NCBI RefSeq assembly: GCF_002105155.1
Contig: NW_019029003.1
Coordinates: 62,001 to 126,000 of the forward strand
Direction of reading: 5' to 3'
Source of the DNA: Lobosporangium transversale
Taxonomy: Eukaryota
DNA: 64,000 nt
Under the pieces are notes generated by a model that was not told the origin of the DNA, searched no databases, and saw nothing but the letters and a program-made list of their open reading frames with translations. A program made the translations under genes and the position numbers. Shown here piece by piece: positions 22,209-34,802 of the stretch; positions within the stretch are counted from its first letter, which is position 1; every line of letters begins with the position of its first letter.

Positions 22209-22366
22209 TATAATTAAACAGTGAATTGGACTTGCGCCCGCGCACCATGGACGATGGTTTGTGCTCCGCAAAGTTTTCATTTTATTTTATGTGCTAAAGA
22301 AAAATTAATTTGTGATGGACAAGCAAAAAAAACATAACAGCTGAAGGATGGGTTGTGAAAGATAAG

Positions 22367-24095
22367 TCATGGGGACTTCCGTTGTGAGGCTATGGACGGG
22401 ATAGTGCCAACCAAAATTGGGATTGGAGGAAATTGAAGTGCCATTGGTGCTCCTTTAATCGCTGACAAGACTGTTGGCTCAGGGGAAAGCAAGAGTTGGT
22501 GAAGTTGCTCATATGTATCATTATCAGTATGGGAGATATTTGGGCTAGGAGTATCAGTTGAAAGTCGTTCCCGAAAGGAGGAGGATATTGAACGATTGAA
22601 AATAGACAAGTCAATCGTAGGACGCTTACGGGTACTTGAAGTGAAGCGGCTGACGAGATTGTTGTGACGCTGTGGGACAGGAATGGATACCAAGATAAAG
22701 TAATCGACTCTTAGCAATGGCGTAACGGAGGCATTGATGGTTGGGACTATTTCCGTACTGAACGGTAATCGGAGCTGCAGTTGCTGGCTCCATGATGAAT
22801 TTGCGTTTGAGACCTTAGCGATCGGGATAGTTGCATTGTGGACAATGGTGGGCTCTGGTGGGGTATAGTCATAAATAGTGGAGGATGCGTGTGAAGCATC
22901 TGAAAGTTCGCTCGCAAATGATACACATCTAACGAGTGCCAGGTGTATAGACCTCAGATCAATTTGGGATTGATTGTCTATCCTGAGCACCAGAGCTGCA
23001 GTTTCACCTGAGGTATAAAAAAGGTGTAGTATGTGATCAGTCCTCAAGAGAAAGCTGATGTTTGGATGACATGTGGGAATACCATAGGCTTCCAAATACG
23101 GACAGGAGGAACTAAATTGAGCAATTTTGTTCAGGTGGACAAAAATTGCGGAGTTTGGTTGGAAATGGGTGAATGGAAAAACTTACAAATGCGGACACCT
23201 GCGATGCTCTTGATAGAACCACGTATTTCTGCATGCGGGGTCATGGATGTATAATCAACTACTATTTGGGCATGGGCCTCATTAGTTGTCCCTATGGTAG
23301 TGCTGTATCGAAATACAGTTGAGGGAGCAGTAGTTGTAGCAGTGGCACGTTTAACACTGGCTGTTGGAAGAGTCATCGGAACCATCGGCAGGTACATGAC
23401 GTTAGTAGCATGGGATGAAACCCAGGACCACGATGATGTATTACCCGGTTCAGTTTCGAAACCCAAGTGGGCGCAGATGGAATAAGAGATGGTCCGATCT
23501 CCAGTCTAAATTGCCAAACAAGGAAACGAAGTGCGTGTGACATTTATTTCGTCAGTCAGAGACATTAAAAAGTTGTATGACAAACCCGATGTCGTCGTAC
23601 ACACACAGGTTATCCATTCGGCCCAGTGTAAAGATAAAAAACCACCTGAATGCTTGGTGGGAAATTGCATAGTGGAAGCTTGATTAAGAAATGAAAAATG
23701 CCTTGTCTCCTGCATGCAGGCAAGATCTGGTTTTGAAGGAGAAGGTGTTCCACCTCAAACACCAAGGACGAGTTACCCTTGCCTTGAGGGCTGTGCGAAC
23801 ACCTTCGAATAAGAGATCTGGAGGCTATTGAAGGTGAAGATTGACTGCTGCTGCTACTAGAATCGAAACCAGATTTAGACGGTAGGATGGTTTGATTGCA
23901 GGTGAAAATGACTCGCAGTTGGCAGGGAGAGAAGATGGGTCTGTTGAGATTGACATGAACTCTCCCTTGGATGACTGATCCAGGGCCATAACATTGAGTT
24001 TGACCGTTTTTTGTAGTAGATAGAATGATATGAAGACCCTCTGGCGAGACAAAAGTCGAAGCACTATTAGAGTGAACCTTGGAAAAAAATTTCAT
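22367..24095 (-). CDS. Arrestin-fold (alpha-arrestin-like) protein, multi-exon
   Basis: YGPGSVIQGRVHVNL, FHFLIKLPLCNFPPS, ISYSICAHL, YTSGETAALVLRIDNQS, PLLRVDYFILVSI, PIPILVGT. Confidence 0.72.
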
Positions 24096-24388
24096 TGTAA
24101 CGGAAAATGAGAAGAGGAAAAAATTATGTCCTGCAATATATATAACCAATTTCACGTGACTCTTTCCCCGGGGTGAACACCATGATGGCTCTTCTCTTCA
24201 AATTTCATTAGCAGCAAAGCATTGCGCGCCCAAAATTAATCACAAGAAAACAGTGAGGTTAATATTTTTACATGATGAGCTTTTTTATTTTTTAAAGAGC
24301 ATACTGGTACACTGGTACAGAAGGATATCATTAGTCATAAGTAGAAAGGAAGATGTATCCGCGCAATGAAGCGAGTAGGATAGTTGGG

Positions 24389-24874
24389 TTATTTAAAATA
24401 GACAGCCTTTGGGTCAATGGGAACTCCTGTTTGAGGATCAATCCCGTTAGCCCTCATCTGATTTTGCTGATAAATCAAGCGAGCCTGGTCAAAGTTGCAA
24501 CGGTGTTTCTTCATAATTCTGCGAATCTCATTTGCATTTTCCAATCCTTGGCGTCCATCTGTTGTTTCCAAAGAATATTTTGAAGACAAAGCATTAGAAC
24601 AATTTGTATAATTTAGCATTGCCATGAAATAAATAAAAGTAGCATGAGTGAAGACATTACCTCCATCAAGTAAGTTTTGGTGCAAGTCAAAGGTAGAGGA
24701 AGAGAGGCCCTCTTCAATGCTTTGTTCGAAGGTGCTGTCCTCGTCCGAGCGGAAGAAAGGCAGTCGAGAGTAACGGAGTCGGTCCCGTAGCTCTTCAACC
24801 TTGGGCAGCCAATAACCCCGTGTGACATAAGCAGCGATGCACCATAGGAAGAGAATGAGTAGAAATGAGATCAT
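24389..24874 (-). CDS. DUF2015/UPF0357 family small membrane-anchored protein; one in-frame intron (~24559-24660)
   Basis: N-terminal TM; FEQSIEEGLSSSTFDL...DGRQGL...IMKKHRCNFDQARL...NGIDPQTGVPIDPKAVYF. Confidence 0.85.
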   Translation of the reverse strand: MISFLLILFLWCIAAYVTRGYWLPKVEELRDRLRYSRLPFFRSDEDSTFEQSIEEGLSSSTFDLHQNLLDGGNVFTHATFIYFMAMLNYTNCSNALSSKYSLETTDGRQGLENANEIRRIMKKHRCNFDQARLIYQQNQMRANGIDPQTGVPIDPKAVYFK

Positions 24875-25179
24875 GGCGCCGTAATTGGAAGTGTGGTCGC
24901 AATGTTGTAATTGTATTAGTTGTCGAGGAATGTGTTAAAGAGTGTGTGTGAGAGAGAGAAAGGGGAAAGGGGAAAGGGAGAGATTATGTGCGAAGAGGTG
25001 TGTTGGTGAAGTGGATTCAAGTCACACGCCTTGATTATTGACATGCTTTGGACATGCACTTGACTCACCTGTTTTTTAATATTCTACATTCCATTCCATT
25101 CTTTTTTCCCATCACTTCTCTTCTTTTGTTCTCCCACTTCATCGAATTCATTTAGTAATTCTCATTTTAACAAACCATA

Positions 25180-27117
25180 ATGACAGAACAAAAGCCTCAG
25201 TCAGATATCGTTGACAAGGACACCTTCACCGTAGCTGATATCACTGAAAAGACTCATAATATCGAGCTCAACGACGAAGAAAAGGCTAATGATCACGTCC
25301 ACGACGAAAACTGCAAGCATGAGCATACTGAAGTCACTGAACCTCAGGGACGTAATGATTATGATCTTTTGGAGCTTCGCGGTACAAAAGATCAGACCGG
25401 TGATCCTCTCGTGAAGGTAAGAGTTTGAATAGATAGTCTTCAAAGGGCAAATCTCCGTTACGGTTGATCTACTGGCCATAGTGTCTCTTTAATGAATAAC
25501 AATATGAACAATAATAGTTATAAACAATGGGATTTCATAATAGACATATTTTGAAGCCAAAAAGATTTTCTTGGATGCCATGGAGCGCCTTAGTAAAATC
25601 CCCGAGGGTTCAGACCCTGAACTGATTGAGAAGCATAAAGATGAGATCGTCTCAATTACTTCAGATTTGATGAAGGCCTTCCTCATGGACGAGAAAGCTT
25701 GCGCCATGAGCCAGCGAGTTCTCAAACTCGCAGAGCAGTATGAAGCCTACGTTCAGAAGTACAATCCTGAAGGCACCTCGACTTCCACAGGAGAGTCTGA
25801 GGAGCCAGGAGCAGAACAGCAAACAACCATCTACACCAGGGACTCTGTCGTCTTTGGTATGTTCATCTTCCCGCAACACTGACACTGATCTGGCCACTGT
25901 TGATGACATAATTAGTTTTCTTCTCCAAGGGGTTATATTTTTCATTGTATTTTTCAACAAAGAAAAAGGGGGAAGAATCTCAGTGCTGCACTAATAAGAG
26001 AAGGCATGAAGAATGGAAGGCCACATCCACCGTTTGTCATCCTTATCGAACAGATTCATGGACAATTTCTAAGACCAAAAGTGTCAATTAAGGATGTGTG
26101 TTTACTTATAACTATGCGTGTTGGTAGAATCTCATTTGATGATCTGGTTTGGAAACGAACTTTAAAATTTACATGGTCATTAATTCATGATATATATTTA
26201 TAGTCATCTGGATTTTATTTAGTGGACAGCAGTTCGCTCATTGCCAACAGACCCTTGGTTTTGCAATCAAAGAGTTTGAGACCCTTCGCCCACGTATGCT
26301 CGAGTTCCGTGCCAACTGCCACATGGCCATGCGTGATTATAAGGTAATAAAAGGATAAAAAACGCCAGACAGTAGTGATATACGTTCTGGGTCATTTCCT
26401 TGGCCTGATTCAACTTGGATTTCTGATCTATATACATACATATTTTTTTATCGTTAGGCTTGCACAGAAGACTTGGAGCAAGTGCTCCAACTCACTCCAG
26501 AACTGATCGAAATTCATTCGATGCTCGGCAACGTCTATTATGCAACACATCAAGCGCAGAATGCTATCCAACATTTCAAGGCATTTGTTGAGGCGGCTCA
26601 CACAGACTCTCGTACCCTTCCTAATGCATATTATGCGCTTGCAAATCTCACTCTTCAGACTGCTCCTTCAGGCGCGGCCAAGAAGAAGAGCAACCAAGCG
26701 TTAAAGCAGGCTGCGGTCCTCAAAGAAGCCCAACAATACTATCAGAAGGCACAGGAGGCTGATGTTCGTTTCAAAGAGCTCTATGGAGTTTCTACTGCTT
26801 TGAACGAGATTAAACGTACTGCTATCATGGCCTTCCAGGCTCGTAGCGCTGGTCGCAACGGCATTCTTACGAACGACCCGACTCCTGCTCTGTTGGAGGC
26901 ATCGGAGACGCTTAAAAAATCATTCAAGAATCCTGCCATCTCCCACTGTGCCAATTGCGGTCGTCCTGACAATGTTGCAAACGATGATCGCTCTCCAGAG
27001 TTGAAGCCTAAACCCCTTATCAAGTGCAACAAGTGCAACAAAGTTGCGTACTGCTCGAGGCCCTGCCAAATCAAGCATTGGAACTCGACTCACAAGAACA
27101 CCTGCAATAAAAAGTGA
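25180..27117 (+). CDS. TPR-repeat protein with a C-terminal zf-MYND, multi-exon
   Basis: TPR-like FRANCHMAMRDYK/EDLEQVLQLTP/HSMLGNVYY; MYND CANC...CNKCNKVAYCSRPCQIKHWNSTHKNTC. Confidence 0.82.
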
Positions 27118-27302
27118 AATGAAGCATTCTCAACCTGAGAACTTCTATCACTGGATTTTTTTCTTTTTTTGGAACTATTTCAATGTGACACGTTCAATGC
27201 TTGATTAAAATAACGAAATAAACAAGAGTTGTTGGATTATTTATTACAAAAAAAAAAAAAAAAAAAAAAGTTCCATGGTATTTAAAATTAGAGGAGATAC
27301 TT

Positions 27303-29147
27303 TTATGCCTCTGTCTCTTCCACACATCTAGAGCATGAGCACTTAAAGAAGTACATGCTTTCTAATCGAGCCTGACGTTCCTGTCTCCCTTCCGAGATAT
27401 CGCCATAGCTGATACAGCACTCCTCTCCTTCCTCAATCACGCAAGTGCTCCAGTATTCCATCTGTCTTGCGCGATTGCCCTGACGTCTCTTCTTCTCGAT
27501 GTTGGGTCGACACGAGTGGTTAAAGAAGCAGGCCTTAGGGAACACAGCGAAACCTTGCAGTTCATCTGATAAATTACGGATACCAAAAGAGTTGGCGACC
27601 TCTGCAAATAGGATAGTGCGAAAGAGCATGCTGTTAATTGTGAACTTGTTGCTTTCGGGATTGTCATAATTCTCGTCGCTGTCATTGTCGTTAGAATTGC
27701 TATTGCCATCTTCACTCTCATTATCTGCATATGGTTGATTCTTTTGATCTTCGAGTTTGAGAAGTAGGAAAGCGTCGCGGAGACGCATATAGATGTAAAA
27801 ACAGTTCAGAAGATGTGTGGGCAGAATTGACATTAAATGATGCCATGAGGCCATATGGTTGTTATGGCTATATTTAAGTTTTGTCGGTTGTTCAGACGCC
27901 TCTGAATCTACGAGTTGTTGGTTACCGTCTTCGTCGTCAATATTACTGTGCTCACTCACGTTGAGGCTAAGCTGTTGGCGCAACAGAACAAGTTCGTTTG
28001 ATTGCATCGCACAATAGTCTACAAATGTTGCTGGCTCTCCAGGAATGCTTGCTGGTTGTTGCTGCTGCTGCTCCGAGCTAATAGCTACAGTCAATTTTTG
28101 TTGTACTCTCATATCTTGCTGCCGTCGAAAAAGCACATCCGCAATTAATCGAATGATCTCGCAGTCATCATCCGAGGTCTTTGAAGCAATTGTAAGTGTT
28201 GGATTGTTCCCTCCTAAAAGACAAGCAGCAAGCTTAGGAAATAGTGCTTCAATTTGCGTTGGAGACCGAGCCAGTAGTTTTTTACCCTTGCGCCCGCCTT
28301 TGTCTTGCCCACTAGTACTGATAATGGACTCCTGTTCATCAATAAGACTATCCAAAGCGTTCCAGATACAATCTAAGAAGCATTTCAAATCTTGATCCTT
28401 TAGATTTAAAACAGCAGTTCTGGTATTTGCCAACAAAAGCGCCTGTTGGATCAAGCCTGGATAATGCAATAGCATTGTAGGCGTAGCTAATATTGGCACT
28501 GTCGTTGTACTAGAAGTAACAGTAGCAGCCCCTTCCTTCTCTTGTTGTTGCTGTAGTGGCTGTATGGGTTTCCACACCAGCTTCCAGTGCCTTGCAATCG
28601 TATCACTCCATGTCCTACGAACTTTTTGCTCTACTCGACATATCATTCTAGCCGTTTCTGGCCCATATAACTGTAAGCATGTTTCGTCACAAAACACCAT
28701 CACAGCGCCATGTTTTTTTGCGACTCTACTGCTGGTTCCGCTGCTGGACAACCGGATCTGCGCCTTGTTATGACGAATAGACGTCCAGCAGTAGTGACAG
28801 ACCCCACAATCTAGCCAGGGATCACACATAGTGGTGCCATATGCCTCTGCAACAAAAACGAGTTCATTTGGAAGGATTTTCCGAGTGGCAATATAGGAGC
28901 GACCTTTGTTAGGTAAAAGAGCGACCTTAACAGGGAATAAATGTGTTGACGCTGAGGTTGTAGTGGCATTAGCAGCAGCACTGACAGTAGTTTTGATGAC
29001 GGAGCCATCGTCTGATCTAATAAGGGGGAATGTGGTATCTTGTAGATTGTCTAAAGGCGGAGTGAGAAGCGGGTGAATGGGTATAGAAGTGGCGGAGAGC
29101 AGAGAGTCTGCTTTGTCAGGGAAAGGCTGATCAACGTCGATGTTCAT
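27303..29147 (-). CDS. SET-domain lysine methyltransferase (SMYD/Set6-like), apparently intronless
   Basis: KGRSYIATRKI, CHYC...FCDETC zinc motif, NSFGI, FFNHSCRPN, EECCISYG, YFFKCSCSRC. Confidence 0.88.
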   Translation of the reverse strand: MNIDVDQPFPDKADSLLSATSIPIHPLLTPPLDNLQDTTFPLIRSDDGSVIKTTVSAAANATTTSASTHLFPVKVALLPNKGRSYIATRKILPNELVFVAEAYGTTMCDPWLDCGVCHYCWTSIRHNKAQIRLSSSGTSSRVAKKHGAVMVFCDETCLQLYGPETARMICRVEQKVRRTWSDTIARHWKLVWKPIQPLQQQQEKEGAATVTSSTTTVPILATPTMLLHYPGLIQQALLLANTRTAVLNLKDQDLKCFLDCIWNALDSLIDEQESIISTSGQDKGGRKGKKLLARSPTQIEALFPKLAACLLGGNNPTLTIASKTSDDDCEIIRLIADVLFRRQQDMRVQQKLTVAISSEQQQQQPASIPGEPATFVDYCAMQSNELVLLRQQLSLNVSEHSNIDDEDGNQQLVDSEASEQPTKLKYSHNNHMASWHHLMSILPTHLLNCFYIYMRLRDAFLLLKLEDQKNQPYADNESEDGNSNSNDNDSDENYDNPESNKFTINSMLFRTILFAEVANSFGIRNLSDELQGFAVFPKACFFNHSCRPNIEKKRRQGNRARQMEYWSTCVIEEGEECCISYGDISEGRQERQARLESMYFFKCSCSRCVEETEA

Positions 29148-29831
29148 CTCTTTTCCTACAAAGACGGATATGAAGAAAGAGGAGGACAGTCGATTGTTGC
29201 CAAAGTGAGAGGAAGAGGAAGGCGAATTTTGTTTGTTTTTTTTTTTTTTTTTTTTGTTTATTTCTCCCAAAAGTGAACCAATGGTGAGGGTCAAACTCTC
29301 AACATGGTTACTCTTGTCCCCTATTGGACAGTTCAAGATAGCTGGACCCTGGCAAAATTCATTTTGGTGGCGCAATAAACGCGCTAATGGATGTGTGCAG
29401 ATGCAACGGCCATAGACAGTAAACAGTTGATATTAGTTGGAATGACGCTCCACATTTACACACAGTATTTTAGCTCGGTTTGTTGTTTATCGTCATACTG
29501 ATGCATAATTGTAATGTAAGTAACACCGTGCACTTGTAGAGAATTTATCACTTCTGAGACCATGGATAAGCAAGACATTTTTTTGCTCATTATTCCATCT
29601 ACACTTGGAAAAATAAAGACTAAAGCATCCATGATTCATCCTTTCTTTTCTTTTGAACCCACCTTTTACACCCTCTCATTCAACATCCCTCATCTTTTCC
29701 TCTTCCCATCGAAGCCAGCTTTGATCGTTTTAAACACACGCATATCATTCCTATCACCAATATACAACTCTCTCTCACACCGCATATATTACTTCTGTTA
29801 ATATTACGAGAACAGAGTTCGCCTCTCACAA

Positions 29832-30529
29832 ATGTATAGAGTCAAGCTCCAGTCTCTGGCCGCTTCCCAGCGCTCACGTAACGTAAGAGACCAAGTTTTG
29901 GTGAATCGACACAATTATCTTTAAAAAGAAAAGAAAAGGAAATTCAAATTAACATATTACATTGTAAATAGAACTCCTTACTCGTCGCTTCGACTGCTGC
30001 AATCGCCGCTGCTGGTAGTCTTGCTACCAAGACTTCGTATTGCCAGCACGTAAGTCTATGAGTCATATTCCCGGCTGGGTTAAAATAAAATAAAATAAAA
30101 CAATTATTGGGATCGATGGCTTTTTTTTTCTCTCTCTCCATATTCATATTCTTTATGCTTTCTAAATGCAGGATCCTTCCGTCCAAGCAGAGGCGGAGCA
30201 CTTGAAGGAGCACGTCCAAGGCTTCGCAGATCATGTTCTTGAGATGGCCGATTCGCCACCGTCTTCATCTTCGTCACCTAGGTCGGGGAAAAATCATGGG
30301 CGCGGTGAGTCCACATTCTTTTCCTCGAATGACTATAGAGCCGACCAGCCTCATCCCCAATTTAGTGGAAGAATGGAGCGCTTCCGTGGCGCATATGTGG
30401 AAGAGCCTCTTGTCCCTGCATTGATCTATGTCACTATTGCTGGAATGACGGGATCTTTTATCGCACGCAAAAGTAAGCCTTTTTTGTATCCTTTATTAAA
30501 CCAGATGTATGTAAAAGCTTGTGAATGCT

Positions 30530-30561
<32 letters not shown>

Positions 30562-32340
30562 CGTATTCTCAATGATCCAGGCAATTTCGTATTCCGCTTC
30601 TTCTCCCCTGTGGCTCTAGCTCTTGGAGCTGCCGCATACTGCATCCCTAAGACAACTAACAATGTTATTAACGGCTTGCGAACGTATGACTACAGTCAGA
30701 TGTCGCGTGAGTGGCAGCATAAGTACCTGCATGCAAAACAGTCGGTTGTTGACACGACGCACGGACTCACAGCTGCTGCAGATAGTGTCATCCACGGAGC
30801 CAAGGATGCGGCTCATGAGGTCTCGGATAAGACCGCGGAGCTGACTGACAAGACATCCAAGACCTTGAACAGCGCTAAAGAAAAGTCTGTAGAGTTGGCC
30901 CATGATCTCAGAGACAAGACTGAAGAAGTAGCCGAGGATGTAAAGTCCAGATCAAAGAATGTTGCCAAGGATATCAAGTCTAAATCTAAGGATATAGCCA
31001 GCCAGCTCGGGGATGCCAAGGACAAGGTCCAAGACCAGGTGGAAGACAAAGCTCACCAGGCAAAAGATTGGTGGCAATCCGAAAAGAAGGCTGCAGAAAA
31101 GTCGGCCAAGGATATGAAGCGCACTATGCGTGAGCAGGGCAGGAATACTCGTGAATGGTTCGATGAAAAGACCCATGAGTTAAATAATAATACTGATAAG
31201 GGAGAGATGGAGCATGGGTTTGATCGTTTGAAGGATAAGGCTCGTCAAGGCTGGGAAAACGCTCGTGATGAGGCGCAGGACGCCTGGAATCGGGGCACGA
31301 GCCATGGCCAATACAATGGTGAGCGATGGAAGGACCAAACTCGGGATTGGGTCCGGGACCGCTCCCGTGACATGCATGATCGCTTTGAGGATATGAAGGA
31401 TCGATCGGATGATTGGGCTCAGGACCACCGTCATGACTGGCGCAAGATGGGTCGAGATGCTGAGGATCGGTTCGATCAAGCTCGCCATGATCTTAAGAGG
31501 CGCGGTCGCGAATTCCGTGAGTCTTCTGAGGACTACCTCCACGACGCAAAGCGTGATGTTTACAACAAGGGCGAGGATATGTGGGACCGTGGTCGCCATC
31601 AGCTCCACAGGGCTAAGCGTGATGTTGATGATGCCCGCTCGAGATGGGGGCCTGACGACGATCGTGTTCCAGGCAGATCCAGTGCTGCTGCTCGATGGGG
31701 CCCCTTTGAAGACCATGGTGGTCACCGCGACCACCATGACGAAAAAGAAGAGTACGCTGGTCGTGGATACAGGTATCAGCCACGCTATGATCAATTTGAT
31801 ACACAACGTCCCTCCGTGACTGAGGCTGCTAAGGAGGGCAAGCACTGGTGGCAACCCAAGAGTCCAGCTGATCCCTATGAATATTACGATGACAACCGTC
31901 AAAGCACCTTTTCGCACCCTAGTAGATCATCGTCATCATCAGCCTCATCTTGGCGGGAGGCCGGCTCTAACTCAAGTGACCAAGCTAAGGAGCAGCTCAA
32001 CCAGGCGAAGCAATACGCGGAGCATGGTATGGGTCACTTGAAGGACGCCGTAGGAGAAAAGGCTCAGTACAGCCGCTCCTGGTTATCTGACAAAGCAGAT
32101 GAGTTAAAAGATCGTTTTGAGCAAGGCAAAGACCGCTTCGAGAACGAGCTGAATGGAAAGTTTGCCCACGAGCCCACGAAGGGATATAACTACTACCATG
32201 ACCGGCAAGGACGTGATTTTGGAGGGCAATATCGACACCACAATCATGCATCCATTTACTCGAATGACAACTGGTTCCATTATGATCATGGTGAGAACAA
32301 CAGAGCGTCCGCAGGACGTTACCGTGAGCGTGGTATGTAG
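29832..32340 (+). CDS. MIC26/MIC27 (apolipoprotein-O-like) MICOS protein with a long hydrophilic C-terminal extension, 4 exons
   Basis: EPLVPALIYVTIAGMTGSFIARK..FRFFSPVALALGAAAYCIPKTTNN matches the ApoO/MIC26-27 double-TM motif; presequence-like MYRVKLQSLAASQRSR. Confidence 0.7.
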
Positions 32341-33027
32341 AACAAAATAGGAGGACGATACGTAGCATGAATTACATAAATGGCGGGTCTTATGAATCCA
32401 ATGTTGTAATAAAATTATATTTATATCGCTTACATCAACGAGGTAATTGTCTCGTGTCATGCTTATGACACTGACAACGCATCGGGTTAAGACCATAGAG
32501 AATTTCGGAGAAACTTGGACAGTATTTCTGTCGTCATGTTTCTTATTCCTGTAAGATGAACAAATCTAGTTTACAGGGGAAATTAAGGGTACACTGCTGC
32601 TCGTCATATCAATGCTTAAGGTTTGCTCAGTCCACAAATTAACCACTCATATTTGTTTCGATGATGTCTGTGACAACATCTATCGCTATAGCTTTCTAAC
32701 TCATCAGTCTCTATATCTCGTTTGCACTTTTAGGGTTCAAATAGCAAAGTAGTAAAAGAAAGGCATCCGGTCGCCGCTTGTGGGGCTCAAGTTTATAGTA
32801 GAGGATGGCAGCCTCGATTCATCACTTTGGATGTGGTCAACCTAAAAATATTCACCATCGGCATCACCATCATCACCATCATCACCATCGGAGTCACCTT
32901 ATTTTTTATCCTCTGTTTCTTCGTCACTCAACTTTAATATCTAGAAATATCACACTATAAAACAAAAATAAACATCATCCACTTCCGTTCAGCTCTTGGC
33001 TTGTTTCATCTTTCTTATACATATAAC

Positions 33028-34241
33028 TCAATCGCAACAACCCTAGAAAGAAGAGCGAGACAGAGAGTGTGAGTGATAAAAGCGACATATATTTAGGCAT
33101 AGAATAAAGTAAATGGAGTAATCGACTTACATCGAGACAGCAGCACAAGCAGGTTCCAAGTGCGCTATTTAGAAAACGACAAAAGAAAATGATTGCATTA
33201 GTCTTTACTCCCAATCTAATCTCTTGAGGGATCCAAGTTGTCCTGTCGCAGGCATAAACAGGCCTCTGTCCCTAAACCTGACCTATCCAAACCTTTGTCT
33301 TCTATTCATTCTCAGTATATACACTAAACTGTCGCATTTCCTTTGTCCCAAGTGCAAGAGCAAGAGAGAGATCAAATGCCTTGGATAGGACAATTCCATA
33401 ACTAAGGTCATATAAACCCTTTGCATTAATTCCCTTCCATTTTGTTAGCTCAGTAACCAAATAAGGGCTCTTCTCCCTTCTAAACAAGAGATTTGCTTTC
33501 ACCTGCAAGAAAAAACTTTCCTTTTCCTGACTCGCTCTTTTAGGGATAATAAGAATAAGGAAAATCACAGGACTAGAGGTTAACGATGCAGGGTCATTTA
33601 TCGGGAGAGTGGGATCGCTGAGAATTGTACTGCAGACCAAAACAACCCCGTTTGTGAAAAATGAACAAGACGTTCATGAGATCGACAAAGAATGTTCTTA
33701 TTTTTTATTGCTCTCAAAAATCTCCGCACAGAACAACCAAAAACAGAGCACAAAGTAGATCAGCCCAATTCCATTCACGACTTGGCCTGCATTCATTCTG
33801 AACATGGACGTTCATTAGTACAGTCAACACTTACCATCCGAAACATATATCATCCTTTTTGCTGTTTTGGGGTGGAGGCGGCTGTTGTTGGTACATGCCA
33901 GGTTGAGGTGAAGCTACGGGAGTTCAATGTCAGACAACCGCAGGATGTAAGTTGACGATACGAAGACTTTTCCAGCGACAGGATGACAGAAAACACTCGT
34001 ACCCATCAAGTACAAATAAAAGAAAAATAATAAAGATATATTGTAAAGAGTCCTTACGTTGAGCATAGTAACCGCCCATAGTGTTCGATTGTGGATAGCC
34101 GGGCTGGTCGTATCCAGATTGAGGGGGATACCCGGGTTGATATGAAGCTGCCTGACCATACGCGGGTTGTCCATAGGCTGGTTGGACCTGCTGAGGATAC
34201 TGTGGAGGCTGAGAAGCGTAGTAGCCTTTATCTTGCGACAT
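33028..34241 (-). CDS. CYSTM-type cysteine-rich tail-anchored protein, 4 exons
   Basis: P/Q/Y/G-rich N-terminus; spliced C-terminus KKDDICFGCALGTCLCCCLDGCCD* from exons ~33914-33835, ~33165-33130, 33043-33028. Confidence 0.75.
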
Positions 34242-34802
34242 GATTATGGTGATGAGACTGAGAGTATGAAGCAAATTTTGGAGGATGAAGGCGATATTTA
34301 AATAAGCTCAAATGAAACTGCCAAGACTGTCAGAAATAGATCATGGCTGCAACTATCATTTTGTTTTAGTCCTTTCCTTTTTTCTGTCTGGTGCGTCATT
34401 GCTTGTGGCCCTACACGTGATATGGGTTTAGAAAAAGTTGAAAAACACTCAACAGTTGTGTGGTGCCAGACACAGCCACGTTTAATACATGTCTTTTTTA
34501 TTGTTCATCTCTTTAAAATAGGAAAGTAGCTATTAAAAAGACAGGGTAAATGTTGAGTATTTCATCTAGAGCATTGCCGATAACACACGATAGTATAAGA
34601 AAAGGGCAGAGACAGCCTGACATTCTCAATCTACTGGAAGAAGGCCTAAACAAATCTGTTTACCCGTTTCATTTTCAGCAAATCAGCTGTGGAAGGCAGT
34701 CATTGTGAGGGCCGAGCATTCCACCCCACAAATAAACTGCGCTCCTTTTTTTATTGTTCCTGAATTCATTACTCTCGCATTCATTCTTCATTCTTTACAA
34801 AA

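Noticed and set aside
31180..31917. 245-aa antisense ORF and similar shadow ORFs across the window
   Set aside because: Opposite-strand by-products of real coding regions with no recognisable motifs
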